The notes below the pieces were generated by a model. It saw only the letters and a program-made list of their open reading frames with translations. It was not told the DNA's origin and searched no databases. The position numbers and the translations under genes were made by a program. From positions 1,224,063 through 1,288,062 of the forward strand of contig OY760504.1 in the NCBI GenBank assembly GCA_963663705.1: DNA of 64,000 bases. Reading direction: 5' to 3'. Positions 1 to 9,212 of the stretch are shown piece by piece. Numbering within the stretch: position 1 is the first letter of the stretch; every line of letters begins with the position of its first letter. Source of the DNA: Armatimonadota bacterium. Lineage in GTDB: Bacteria; Armatimonadota; UBA5829; DTJY01.

Positions 1-64
<64 letters not shown>

Positions 65-320
65 ACATATACCTGTAGGCAATGTCCTCCCGCTAAACCT
101 CTTCACTATGCTCTTTTCTATGTGAGTATTTTTTCACTGTAGCCTTGCTTGGATTGCTATTTTCCGCTTTGGTTCACTTGGATCGTTCTCCACCATTTTG
201 CAAAGGAGAACGCATATAAGGATAGCTACACTAGGCTTGTATATGGCGATATCCTCCATAAGTCATTTGAATCCTGACTGGTGGTATTACCGACAGAAAG
301 CCTAAACCGCCGTATGAATC

Positions 321-1052
321 TCAATCAGCCCAGTTTAAACCGCTGACAAGTTCATAAAAAGAACCCAGTCTAGCCCATCCCAGCAGCCCAGATTCGGTCT
401 TAATGAGGTACCATTCATCAAAGATGTCATTTGACCTGGCGGACGGATAGGTAAGCAGAATGACTAGCTTGCTATCAGGCCTCAATTGGGCCAAGACTGT
501 TGATGATTTCTTTTCCATATATATCGGAAAGCTCTTAATTACTTTGGCATTCTCCCCAACATAATAGAATTCTTGTGGAACTAGATTAAGGGTTCTTGTT
601 TTGCTATTCAGCACATATTTATCAACCGCAACCCAAAAACCTACGAAGTTACGGTTAATTACTATGCCATTGCCTTGAAACGTAAGTGATCCTCCAATTT
701 GTGCAACTTTGTGAATATGCTTTCCATCATACCAGAACAGCGCATATGCAAAGTCATCACTCGGCCCTGAGGTATACACTGCTATCTCCTTGAACTGATC
801 CTTCTTATCAATATCCACGACTCTCATATCCTCGACCATATCGTGAAGTTTACCAGTTACAGCAGAATCGCCAATTTTGAGAGTGAAATTGCCATCATTT
901 TTCCGAGATTGGGATAATGAAATGCTTTCAACTTTTCCATCGCCATTCAAATCTGCTTTGGTAGAAAAAGTGGGCTTGGCGAAGAGCGATGACGGATAGA
1001 GAACAGTAATCAAACAAGCGACGACAGAAGTAATCTTCAACTGTAGTTTCAT
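321..1052 (-). CDS. exported hypothetical protein (N-terminal signal peptide)
   Basis: 243-aa ORF. N-terminus MKLQLKITSVVACLITVLYPSSLFA resembles a signal peptide. No family recognised. Confidence 0.45.
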   Translation of the reverse strand: MKLQLKITSVVACLITVLYPSSLFAKPTFSTKADLNGDGKVESISLSQSRKNDGNFTLKIGDSAVTGKLHDMVEDMRVVDIDKKDQFKEIAVYTSGPSDDFAYALFWYDGKHIHKVAQIGGSLTFQGNGIVINRNFVGFWVAVDKYVLNSKTRTLNLVPQEFYYVGENAKVIKSFPIYMEKKSSTVLAQLRPDSKLVILLTYPSARSNDIFDEWYLIKTESGLLGWARLGSFYELVSGLNWAD

Positions 1053-1168
1053 AACCTATCTCCAAAAAGAGCCTACTTATATATCATATACCTATTGCAT
1101 GATTATAATAAACCCATTTGCTGTTGTATCAAGCAGCAACAAAACACTCTGTAATGATGCTTAGTTAA

Positions 1169-1447
1169 TCATGACTTCACTATAAACCCGAAATCCTCAT
1201 TTATTGCATCACCCCATGAGACATCTATGCTGTCAACATGCGACCGAACGGGACCATGCCTGAGTGCGCCCAGAAATTTCGCAAGCAATCCTTCGTTCCC
1301 CTCTGCCACGACCTCCACTGCTCCATCGTGTGTATTTCTCACATAGCCACGGATTCCCATCTGGTTCGCCAGTTGCCGGGCAAAATACCGGTATCCGACA
1401 CCTTGCACCCGTCCGTTTATCCTGGCAACAAAACGTCTTTCATCCAC
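1169..1447 (-). CDS. acyP: acylphosphatase
   Basis: Motif VARINGRVQGVGYRYFA plus GYVRNTHDGAVEVVAEG are typical of acylphosphatase. The ORF track extends to 1555, but the true start is probably an internal GTG near 1447. Confidence 0.6.
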   Translation of the reverse strand: MDERRFVARINGRVQGVGYRYFARQLANQMGIRGYVRNTHDGAVEVVAEGNEGLLAKFLGALRHGPVRSHVDSIDVSWGDAINEDFGFIVKS

Positions 1448-1673
1448 AGCCGCCTCCGATAATGTATATTTATGCGCACAGTCCCGAAGCTCTATTTGGC
1501 GTTTTAGCACGAAATTCCTGCTTCTTTTGCGCGAGCCGATCGCAGCCAAACCCACCTATCGCTTATATATTCAGCACCAATTTATTGACATTTAACGACT
1601 CAGAGGGTATAATCGTGATGTGAAATGTGCACGATACGCACATGCGAACCTTGCACAATGTAACCACACCAAT

Positions 1674-2024
1674 GGGGGCGATTGGAGTCGACAGAGAAGG
1701 TAGTTGCATAGGTTGCGGGCCGAGGCGCCGCTGGCCTCGTTAAAAGCGGCAAAGCCATAAACGGCACAAATAACTACGCACTAGCTGCTTAATTGACAGC
1801 TCGTCCGACCGGTCTATTTCGGCGAGATCGGACCCGGGCGTCAAATTAGCCGGATTACCCGAGGAACAACGCTCGTAGATTCTGAGGGGAAATAAAAACG
1901 AGCTGGCGCGGCGGCATCCTGCCTGTGGGAGACCAAAGCGCGAGAAACAAATCGCAGGATATGCCTGTAGACGCTTATGTTGACTCTTCTTTGGACCCGA
2001 GTTCGAGTCTCGGCGCCTCCACCA
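1674..2024 (+). ncRNA. ssrA: tmRNA (ssrA)
   Basis: 5' GGGGGCGATTGGAGTCGAC. Acceptor stem 1674-1680 pairs with 2014-2020 and includes the G3:U70 wobble. Tag ORF GGC AAA GCC ATA AAC GGC ACA AAT AAC TAC GCA CTA GCT GCT TAA (1748-1792) encodes GKAINGTNNYALAA*. 3' tRNA-like domain GGACCCGAGTTCGAGTCTCGGCGCCTCCACCA ends in CCA at 2022-2024. Confidence 0.85.
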
Positions 2025-2150
2025 TTTTAACCGAAACAAGGTTTCTCTCTAACGAAAACCTCGCTGGACATACCGGCGGGGTTTTTGTCGTTTTAGGCGT
2101 GAAATTCGTGCTCAACGGCGATGTTTTCACTGCTTCTATCACTTCCACCC

Positions 2151-2254
2151 TTTGGACTCGCTTGCCGTCCAAACATACACATCAAGAGCCGTTTTTCTCT
2201 CTTACAGGCGTTTTTCTCTTTCTCCTTTGGACTTTTGCATTTAAGTCCAAAGGG
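2151..2254. repeat. two inverted repeats sharing a TTTGGAC / GTCCAAA core downstream of the tmRNA
   Basis: IR1 TTTGGAC-9nt-GTCCAAA at 2151-2173. IR2 CCTTTGGACTT-8nt-AAGTCCAAAGG at 2225-2254 (perfect 11-bp arms). No following T-run. Confidence 0.4.
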
Positions 2255-2448
2255 CATTTTACGCTCAGCTTTGTGAGAGTTCGCGACTATTTCGCATTTT
2301 GGCGATTGGAGTAGCACACATTACGTAGCAGGTATTCTTGCACAAACTGCTTAATCATATAGGTGTTCTATGTGCAATCGATAGGTGCAGGGTCGCCTGG
2401 CGAAATAGTGTCTAGAAGGGAAGACAAGCAAGAGCTTGCCTATAAAAC

Positions 2449-2943
2449 ATGAAAAGAGAATTGATGGCCCAAATACTGATGAACCTATTCTGGATAGTCG
2501 TTGGTATCGTAATAACAAGAGTCCTTGATAAGCCTATTGAGCGATTACAGCGACGGTTGATATATCGGTGTCGAAGCATCCTCGCCCGTCTTCGTTCAGG
2601 GGAGAATAGTACAGTTACTCAGGATGAGTTTCGACTAGGCAAATGGCGAGTTCCATGGGTCGTCGTTGATGGTTCTAGTTCTGATCCTTACGCTCCGAGC
2701 AATCTCATATGCCAACTCGATCCACGACCGCTGTCATTGCCCGCAGATAGGCAGTCAAAGAAGGAACAGATAGAGATAGCCCAAGCTCGAATAGCGGAAG
2801 TGGATGGTCGTCGCGAGTTCCACAATGGTCCGACCGTCGCATTAGCGGGCATTGGTCGAGGGCAAATCGGTGTCGCTGAAGATTCGCTACTCATACTGCG
2901 ACTGCGCCATCTGATTACTACACATATATGGCAACAGCATTGA
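2449..2943 (+). CDS. hypothetical protein with N-terminal transmembrane anchor
   Basis: 164-aa ORF. Hydrophobic segment ILMNLFWIVVGIVITRVL. Its stop overlaps the next start (ATGGCAACAGCATTGA), suggesting translational coupling. Confidence 0.4.
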   Translation: MKRELMAQILMNLFWIVVGIVITRVLDKPIERLQRRLIYRCRSILARLRSGENSTVTQDEFRLGKWRVPWVVVDGSSSDPYAPSNLICQLDPRPLSLPADRQSKKEQIEIAQARIAEVDGRREFHNGPTVALAGIGRGQIGVAEDSLLILRLRHLITTHIWQQH

Positions 2944-3614
2944 GCCTTGATGATAGAATTGAGATAGACGGCAGGGTTACGTCTGTACGTGAACTCTATC
3001 TCCGCAATCTTCAATTCGAATCACCCATTCCAGAGTTCGCTAGCGCTTTGTCGGTCAATCTATCCCTGATCACAAGCGATGGATTTATAGTTGTCAGCAA
3101 GCGAGCCATCGATGGCATAGGAGGTTACAGCGGACACATCGCTCATGCACTTAATGAGTGCATGAATCTAGTATCAGATAGGAGCTCGAACGGCACGCTA
3201 TCACTTCTTGCAACCGCGCAAAGAGGTATCAATAACGAGCTGAATATTGAGGTAGCAGAGGACGAGATCACGTTCTTCACTGTTGGTGTCGATCCACAGC
3301 ACTACTTCTGGGGAGTGACCGGCCTTATTAGGTCGAAAGAGTTCACTAGAGCAGATATTCAAACTAGGCGTTCCATTGGGAGCAAAGAGCACTGGGAATC
3401 GACGCAACTTTACTTCTTACCACACAATCCAAGCGCAGTGGCACAATTCATGCGAGACATCTCGCAGACAGAAAAATGGCAGCCTATTGGAATTGTGTGT
3501 CTAATCCAGACCATGATCGCTGAGTTCGGTATTAAGGCGACAGAGAGAGCACTGTGCAGGTACGCGCCACCAAGAAGAAGGATCATATCTACTATATCAG
3601 GAACGAACGACTGA
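2928..3614 (+). CDS. hypothetical protein
   Basis: 228-aa ORF coupled to the upstream and downstream genes. No family recognised. Confidence 0.4.
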   Translation: MATALSLDDRIEIDGRVTSVRELYLRNLQFESPIPEFASALSVNLSLITSDGFIVVSKRAIDGIGGYSGHIAHALNECMNLVSDRSSNGTLSLLATAQRGINNELNIEVAEDEITFFTVGVDPQHYFWGVTGLIRSKEFTRADIQTRRSIGSKEHWESTQLYFLPHNPSAVAQFMRDISQTEKWQPIGIVCLIQTMIAEFGIKATERALCRYAPPRRRIISTISGTND

Positions 3615-4843
3615 TGGAAACTCGCGAGTGTCGGATATGCGGAAGAGGTGAGCTCTCTACGGTGATGTCGTACGGGCGATTACCGCTGGCGAATTCGCTT
3701 CTTACCCAGGGTCAGCTGAGCCGGCACGAAACGCTCTACCCGTTGACCCTAGCTTTTTGCGGTGGCTGCAGCCTCCTACAGATTACCGAGATGATCTCAC
3801 CTGAAAAGATATTCCGCCACTATCCATTTGTATCTTCCTGTTCTAGATCAACCCTATCTCGAGCAGAAGTGTTGGCGAAGCACTTGGTCTCGTCTCGTGC
3901 GCTGTCCGAAAAGAGCTTAGTTGTGGAGATTGGCTGCAATGACGGCTATCTTCTTCGGCACTATATGAATGCAGGCGTTCCCGTTCTAGGGATCGATCCC
4001 GCCATCAATCTGGCCAAGAGAGCCAAGCAATCGTGCGGACTGACCACACTGTGTAAGTACTTTGATGTGCAACTCGCCCACGAGTTAGCTGTTTCGGGCA
4101 TTGAGGCTGATGTAATCCACGCACACAATGTGCTGGCCCATGTGCAGGATCTAAATGGAGTTGTCGCAGGAATGCAGGTGCTGCTTAGAGACGGTGGCGT
4201 GATCGTAGTAGAGGTCCCCTATGTTCGCGATATTATCTCAAAATGCTTGTTTGACACAGTCTACCACGAGCATCTTTGCTACTTCTCTCTCACTACTTTG
4301 GTCCGGCTTTTCAGCAATCATGGACTGGTTGTGAAGGACTGCGAGTATACATCTAACCAAGGCAGATCCTTACGTATATACGCAGCCAAATCAGATGAGG
4401 CAATTCAGGATGATGCGGTTTGTCGTATTCTTGCTGAAGAGGAAGAGTGTGGGATGAACGGGATTGGCTTCTACTCTAGGTTTGCTTCACGTGTAGCCGA
4501 AACTAGAGAACAGCTATATGACTTGCTCATGGAATTGAAGGCATCAGGAAAGAGCATTGCCGCATATGGTGCTTCAGCGAAGGGCTGCGTACTGCTCAAT
4601 TTTTGCGGACTGAATACCAAGACCATAAATTTCGTTGTCGACAACATTCCCCTCAAGATCGGACGATATATGCCTGGTGTCCATATACCAGTATATCATC
4701 CGACAAGCCTTGTAGAACTGATGCCAGACTATGTACTAGTTCTAGCTTGGAACGTCGCTGATGAGATAGTCTCACAGGAAACTGCATATCATTCGCAGGG
4801 CGGACGCTTCATCATCCCCCTTCCACAGCTACATGTTATCTAG
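3611..4843 (+). CDS. Zn-ribbon C-methyltransferase-like SAM-dependent methyltransferase (TylCIII-like architecture)
   Basis: N-terminal CRICG...CGGC zinc ribbon, then the class I SAM motif VVEIGCNDGYLLRHY and a C-terminal C-methyltransferase-like region. The ORF track starts at 3554; M at 3611 abuts the upstream gene. Confidence 0.5.
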   Translation: MMETRECRICGRGELSTVMSYGRLPLANSLLTQGQLSRHETLYPLTLAFCGGCSLLQITEMISPEKIFRHYPFVSSCSRSTLSRAEVLAKHLVSSRALSEKSLVVEIGCNDGYLLRHYMNAGVPVLGIDPAINLAKRAKQSCGLTTLCKYFDVQLAHELAVSGIEADVIHAHNVLAHVQDLNGVVAGMQVLLRDGGVIVVEVPYVRDIISKCLFDTVYHEHLCYFSLTTLVRLFSNHGLVVKDCEYTSNQGRSLRIYAAKSDEAIQDDAVCRILAEEEECGMNGIGFYSRFASRVAETREQLYDLLMELKASGKSIAAYGASAKGCVLLNFCGLNTKTINFVVDNIPLKIGRYMPGVHIPVYHPTSLVELMPDYVLVLAWNVADEIVSQETAYHSQGGRFIIPLPQLHVI

Positions 4844-4970
4844 TCATTCAGCTAGCGGCTTTTCCACATCCGATTCCGGATCGAACAATCCTGAATCGAG
4901 TAGCTTCAGGATCAGCCAGATCGACGAGAATGCTATCGCATTCTTGAGAGTATATGCTACTCATTGCGGA

Positions 4971-5381
4971 CTATGGGAATTGTATTTCTTCCCTTTGCAC
5001 CTCCCAAATGACCGTGCTTTTCTTAGTTAGCATTGTGAGCGACAACCCGCTCGGCTCCTCGCCCATAAGAATCATCTCCACGATATCCGGTGCGAGTAGA
5101 GTGAGTCGCATCAGTCTGGCAGCGAATGATACGTCCAGCCCTATTTCACGGGCAAGATCGGAAATCGACTCGAACTTGCCTTCGTCGAGCAACTTCTGCC
5201 ACCTGTGCGATCGGGCGAGTGCTATGACCAGCGCTTCCTGCTGAGACTGGTACATTGGCTTATCCGAGGCAAACGCCTGCGGCATGATCACCTCTTTCCT
5301 CCCACCCCGTTTCTTCAAGCGGAGCGGCACGTTGATCACTATCCCCTGGTTGTTGTTTTGTACTTCGGTTCCCGATATCAT
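4971..5381 (-). CDS. small helix-turn-helix protein coupled to the recombinase (possible directionality or accessory factor)
   Basis: 136 aa. HTH-like SISDLAREIGLDVSFAARLMRLTLLAPDIVE. Overlaps the recombinase stop by 4 nt. Confidence 0.4.
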   Translation of the reverse strand: MISGTEVQNNNQGIVINVPLRLKKRGGRKEVIMPQAFASDKPMYQSQQEALVIALARSHRWQKLLDEGKFESISDLAREIGLDVSFAARLMRLTLLAPDIVEMILMGEEPSGLSLTMLTKKSTVIWEVQREEIQFP

Positions 5382-6952
5382 TGTGTAATGTTCCTTTCCC
5401 GTCGGTCTGTCTTGTCCCTTACCTCGCTCACCAGCGAATGAAGACCATTGCCCCGAATTTTGATATACATGCCATCTGGATTGACGATCACCTGATCGAT
5501 CAGTAGATGAATAATTCTCGTCTGCTCCAGAGGGAATAGCTCGTCCCAGATAGGATCGAGCCTGCGCAGAGATTCGGCTACATCGCGTTCAGTGACCAGT
5601 TTCGCCTGCATCCCCTGTATCTCATCGTCTACGTCACGGAGTCTGTGCTGGGCACTGATGTGTTCCTCATTGGTCCGGCGGATCTCATCCATCGTGTCAC
5701 TATCCGATGCGCCGGAGTCCAGCAGCCGGGATGCAGTCTGCTTCAGCCGATTGAGACGTCCTTCCAGTTCCATACGCTCCAGCCGCAGCCGATCAAGTTC
5801 CTCTGACTCAAGATCACGGGTTGACCTGTAGGTCTGAGCTATCATCTCAGGCGATTTAAATATCGCGCGAATCTGCTGAATGACGGCCGACTCTATGTCT
5901 CCGGCAGGGACGGACCGCACCGGGCAGTTGCCGTAACCGGTCTTTGCCGCATTCCCGCAAGTATAGTACCTGTAGATCTTACGGGGACCGCCGGTCGATA
6001 CCGGACTCATCGCACTGTCGCATGCTCCGCACCGGATGATACCTTTAAGGAGCGAAGTTGACTTGGCTCGTGTAGGCTGCGAATGGTACTGTTTGTTGCC
6101 CTCGATTACGGAGTGCGCACGATCCCAAAGGTCGCGGCTTACTATCGCTTCATGCTCTCCCGGGTAAGTTTTATCCTTATGTGTGACATCACCTAGATAC
6201 GTGCGATTGCATAGCACTCGGTAGATATGCGATTTATTCCAAGATTTGCCTTCCCGAAATACTCCATGCTTCGTCATCCACGATTTGGTTGTAAGGCCCT
6301 TCTTATTCAGTTCCTGGGCAATAGCAAGAGGTGATCCTACCTCGGTGAAACGTTTGAATATATGGCGTACGAGCTTTGCCTCTTCGGGATTGATGACAAG
6401 CGCTGTTCTCTCCGAATCGACATCGTACCCGAGTGGCGGCGTGCCTCCGGTGAACTTGCCCTTCTTCTTTGCTGCTGCGACCTTGTCGCGGATTCGCTCA
6501 CCGATGATTTCCCGTTCAAACTGGGCAAATGAAAGTAAAATATTGAGGGTCAACCTGCCCATCGAGGACGTAGTATTGAAGGATTGAGTAACCGAAATGA
6601 AGGACACTCCATTATTATCGAAGGTCTCCATGATTTTCGAGAAGTCGAGGAGCGATCTGGAAAGCCGATCCACCTTATAGACCACGATGCAGTCTATCCG
6701 TCGATTCTCCACATCCTGAAGCAGTCTCTCCAGTGCCGGCCGCTCCATGTTCCCACCGGAGAATCCACCATCATCATACCTTTGTGCGACCACCGTCCAT
6801 CCCTCATGTTTCTGGCTCATGATGTAGGCTTCCCCGGCCTCGCGCTGGGCGTCAAGCGAGTTGAACTCCTGATCCAATCCTTCCTCAGTGCTCTTACGGG
6901 TATATATGGCACACCGGATGCGTGGGGTAACGATACTCGACGACCCGCTCAT
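5378..6952 (-). CDS. large serine recombinase (integrase)
   Basis: N-terminal resolvase catalytic domain (CAIYTRKSTEEGLDQEFNSLDAQRE, VVYKVDRLSRS), a recombinase domain, a Zn-ribbon (CGACDSAM...C..C) and a C-terminal coiled coil. The ORF track extends to 7015; M at 6952 abuts the upstream gene. Confidence 0.85.
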   Translation of the reverse strand: MSGSSSIVTPRIRCAIYTRKSTEEGLDQEFNSLDAQREAGEAYIMSQKHEGWTVVAQRYDDGGFSGGNMERPALERLLQDVENRRIDCIVVYKVDRLSRSLLDFSKIMETFDNNGVSFISVTQSFNTTSSMGRLTLNILLSFAQFEREIIGERIRDKVAAAKKKGKFTGGTPPLGYDVDSERTALVINPEEAKLVRHIFKRFTEVGSPLAIAQELNKKGLTTKSWMTKHGVFREGKSWNKSHIYRVLCNRTYLGDVTHKDKTYPGEHEAIVSRDLWDRAHSVIEGNKQYHSQPTRAKSTSLLKGIIRCGACDSAMSPVSTGGPRKIYRYYTCGNAAKTGYGNCPVRSVPAGDIESAVIQQIRAIFKSPEMIAQTYRSTRDLESEELDRLRLERMELEGRLNRLKQTASRLLDSGASDSDTMDEIRRTNEEHISAQHRLRDVDDEIQGMQAKLVTERDVAESLRRLDPIWDELFPLEQTRIIHLLIDQVIVNPDGMYIKIRGNGLHSLVSEVRDKTDRRERNITQ

Positions 6953-7446
6953 GCCACACCTCTGCTTTTCTTCACGTGCGTTTTCTTCAGTCCGAAGAAG
7001 GAGCGGCCATTCCAATGAGTGCCCGTTATCTCAGTCGCTATGGCACTGAGCGATTTGTAGCGCCGGCCTTCATACTCAAAGCCACCATATACGACTATGA
7101 CCTCGTATGCACGTCCGTTCCATTCGCGTACCAACCGGGTGCCTACTACGGGTACGCCTACCTTGCGCTTTTTCTCTGCGCGTCTGCTGTCCATATTGCC
7201 GCCATTCTCATCAAAGCCACGAGAGTCGAGAACCTCGTCCATAATCTTACGTGCCTTGTCCGACAGACCGCCATATGATATCTCCTGGATGCGATATGCC
7301 AGACGCTTCATGAGATACGGCCGGTTCGTTGCGGTCGGCTCCTTGCCGTAGAGCGTGCGCCAGAGAGAACAGAGTTCCCCATGGCTGAGATTGCCCAAAT
7401 CTGCGATCTGCTTTAATACCGAATTGTCTGTTGATCTTAATGCCAT
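6949..7446 (-). CDS. small basic protein, DUF2924-like; from memory this family often sits beside large serine recombinases
   Basis: 165 aa, immediately upstream of and coupled to the recombinase. Family assignment is from recollection only. Confidence 0.4.
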   Translation of the reverse strand: MALRSTDNSVLKQIADLGNLSHGELCSLWRTLYGKEPTATNRPYLMKRLAYRIQEISYGGLSDKARKIMDEVLDSRGFDENGGNMDSRRAEKKRKVGVPVVGTRLVREWNGRAYEVIVVYGGFEYEGRRYKSLSAIATEITGTHWNGRSFFGLKKTHVKKSRGVA

Positions 7447-7493
7447 CTATTACTCCTTAAGTCTGCTTCCGAGTAAAGAGTCCAATGAAATCG

Positions 7494-7904
7494 CTACTTG
7501 TGCACTTTCGCTGCGGCCGCGCGCATCTGGGTAAGCGTTCTGCCGCCGGTAAACTGGACGTGCGGGCGATCCTTCATCGTCTTCCACGTCCCACCCCATT
7601 CGAGACCACACGCACTCGCAATCCTACCGAACGTATCCCACGGCCCGTTCCAGGTGACCTTGCCGTTTATGATAAATGCGTAGTCTGCACCAAGGCCGAA
7701 ATTGTGCCAACTGTATCCACCACGAGCATTTGTCACGATATTCCCGGGCTTGGTGCGGCCAATCTGGTAGAGCCGGTTTTGCTCCTCAATCGAGCGGTAT
7801 CCCCATGTCAGGATTACCTTGATACCTCGACCTGCGAGCTTTTGCTCAAATACGACGAGCTTTTTTGCGAATGAAGGATCGAGTCCAGATCTGGATGCTC
7901 TCAT
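7494..7904 (-). CDS. peptidase M15 family endolysin (L-Ala-D-Glu / D-Ala-D-Ala peptidase type)
   Basis: Motifs SWHNFGLGADYA and WGGTW...DRPHVQF are typical of the Peptidase_M15 metallopeptidase fold. Confidence 0.7.
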   Translation of the reverse strand: MRASRSGLDPSFAKKLVVFEQKLAGRGIKVILTWGYRSIEEQNRLYQIGRTKPGNIVTNARGGYSWHNFGLGADYAFIINGKVTWNGPWDTFGRIASACGLEWGGTWKTMKDRPHVQFTGGRTLTQMRAAAAKVHK

Positions 7905-8086
7905 CGGTTCTCCTCCTCCGGACGCGGTTTGCTATCTACATGAACGCTCTTTCCTGCGAAAACATCAAGTCCATTCGCAGAGAAAGAATGATTTCTTTGC
8001 ATCTCTCTCATCTGTCGTTTTCTCCTCCTTAGTATTCCAGCCGCGAGTATCCCCGCCACCTCCGTCATTTGTTCGTTAAATGTCAT
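7901..8086 (-). CDS. possible small membrane protein upstream of the endolysin (holin-like position)
   Basis: Internal start of the 7901..8221 ORF (MTFNEQMTEVAGILAAGIL...). The hydrophobic stretch is short. Overlaps the 8110..8397 ORF, so one of the two is doubtful. Confidence 0.2.
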   Translation of the reverse strand: MTFNEQMTEVAGILAAGILRRRKRQMREMQRNHSFSANGLDVFAGKSVHVDSKPRPEEENR

Positions 8087-8109
8087 CCATTCAGGGTTGC
8101 ATACTTGAT

Positions 8110-8397
8110 TCACTCCTCTATCACCTCGATGCCATGTGCTGTAAGTACTTCGGCAAGCAATCCACAAGCTTCTTCCAGATCCTCGGCAAGAAGTATGTCT
8201 ACGAGAGTTGAATATCGCCATTCGATCAGCAGTTCATAAGCTTTACAGACGGAATCAATCCCTGAAATAGGCTTATCGATATCTTCAAGGAGAGAGTCTT
8301 CGTTAAAGCCATCACCTGATTCGGCAGCCTCGGCGACGTCGATGTCGCCCAGTTCCGCATATAATTCGGAGTTCAATGTGTATTCATATCCTCTCAA
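8110..8397 (-). CDS. acidic hypothetical protein
   Basis: 95 aa, rich in D/E. No family recognised. Confidence 0.3.
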   Translation of the reverse strand: MRGYEYTLNSELYAELGDIDVAEAAESGDGFNEDSLLEDIDKPISGIDSVCKAYELLIEWRYSTLVDILLAEDLEEACGLLAEVLTAHGIEVIEE

Positions 8398-8479
8398 TCG
8401 TTAGGCCAGGAAGTCCTGTCCGTTGTACTACCACTGGTTACTTACCGGAGAGTTTTGCGGAATGTCGGTCTTTTCAGGA

Positions 8480-9154
8480 CTATTTTTGGAATCCTGCAAT
8501 CTTGAAAGCCCGTTTCAGATTCTTCACTCGATCATAAAGCGTACCTCGAGGTATGCCAGTGTACTTCGATACCGCCGGTATGCTGCCAAACTCGATGATC
8601 TGCTCGCAAAAGTCCTTGAGGTCGGCAGGAAGACCGTTTACGATACTCGCGATTTCCGATTTGAGGTCGACCTCTGCGAGTTTGGATATCGACTGTTTGC
8701 CGATCTGTGCCAAATACTCGTCTTCATCAATCGAATCGCCCGGTCCGTATATCAAGCCCACGCTATCTGTAAACTCTTCATTTAGCGAAAATGCATGCGC
8801 ACGGAAATCAAAATACCAGGACTTCCGCGATTCGATCATGCTTGCAATCTTGCTGTTTAGCACCATGTTGACAAAGGTCATGAGCTTCGACCGCTCCGGA
8901 TTGTGTTTTGGCAGCGATTCCCGAAGGTGCCACGCGAGTTCCGATTCGATGTCGTCCCGGTCGGATTTTGTAAACCCTGCGGTACCTATGAGGTTGTAGC
9001 TCTTGTGCTTGATTGAAATGACCATTTCGGCGGTCAGACCGTCGTAGTTTTTCGGTATACCCATTGATTTTCTCCTCTTGCCGAGGAGGTCGTTGTGGGT
9101 ATCACCGGTGATGCGGAGGTGCTGAGATGACGCATTTGTCTGCGACACCCACAA
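8480..9154 (-). CDS. sigma-70 family (ECF-like) RNA polymerase sigma factor
   Basis: Region-2-like segment and a C-terminal region-4 HTH (IPRGTLYDRVKNLKRAF). Confidence 0.65.
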   Translation of the reverse strand: MWVSQTNASSQHLRITGDTHNDLLGKRRKSMGIPKNYDGLTAEMVISIKHKSYNLIGTAGFTKSDRDDIESELAWHLRESLPKHNPERSKLMTFVNMVLNSKIASMIESRKSWYFDFRAHAFSLNEEFTDSVGLIYGPGDSIDEDEYLAQIGKQSISKLAEVDLKSEIASIVNGLPADLKDFCEQIIEFGSIPAVSKYTGIPRGTLYDRVKNLKRAFKIAGFQK

Positions 9155-9212
9155 CGACCTCCGCTTTGCGGCCAGTCTGTAATGTGATTTTATTGGTGGC
9201 TCTACTTAAAGC

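Noticed and set aside
1238-1623. Plus-strand ORFs 1238-1462 and 1264-1623 opposite the acylphosphatase gene
   Set aside because: They overlap a recognisable minus-strand acylphosphatase. Pro/Ser/His-rich antisense-type composition.
1740-2317. Four ORFs in the six-frame track (1740-2039, 1925-2314, 1975-2172, 2093-2317) overlapping the tmRNA and its downstream region
   Set aside because: They overlap a confidently identified structured RNA (ssrA) and repeat-containing non-coding DNA. No Shine-Dalgarno sites or protein-like composition.
2449-3614. Treating ORFs 2449-2943 and 2928-3614 as one frameshifted gene
   Set aside because: The overlap ATGGCAACAGCATTGA is a classic stop/start coupling arrangement in different frames. 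No slippery site is present.
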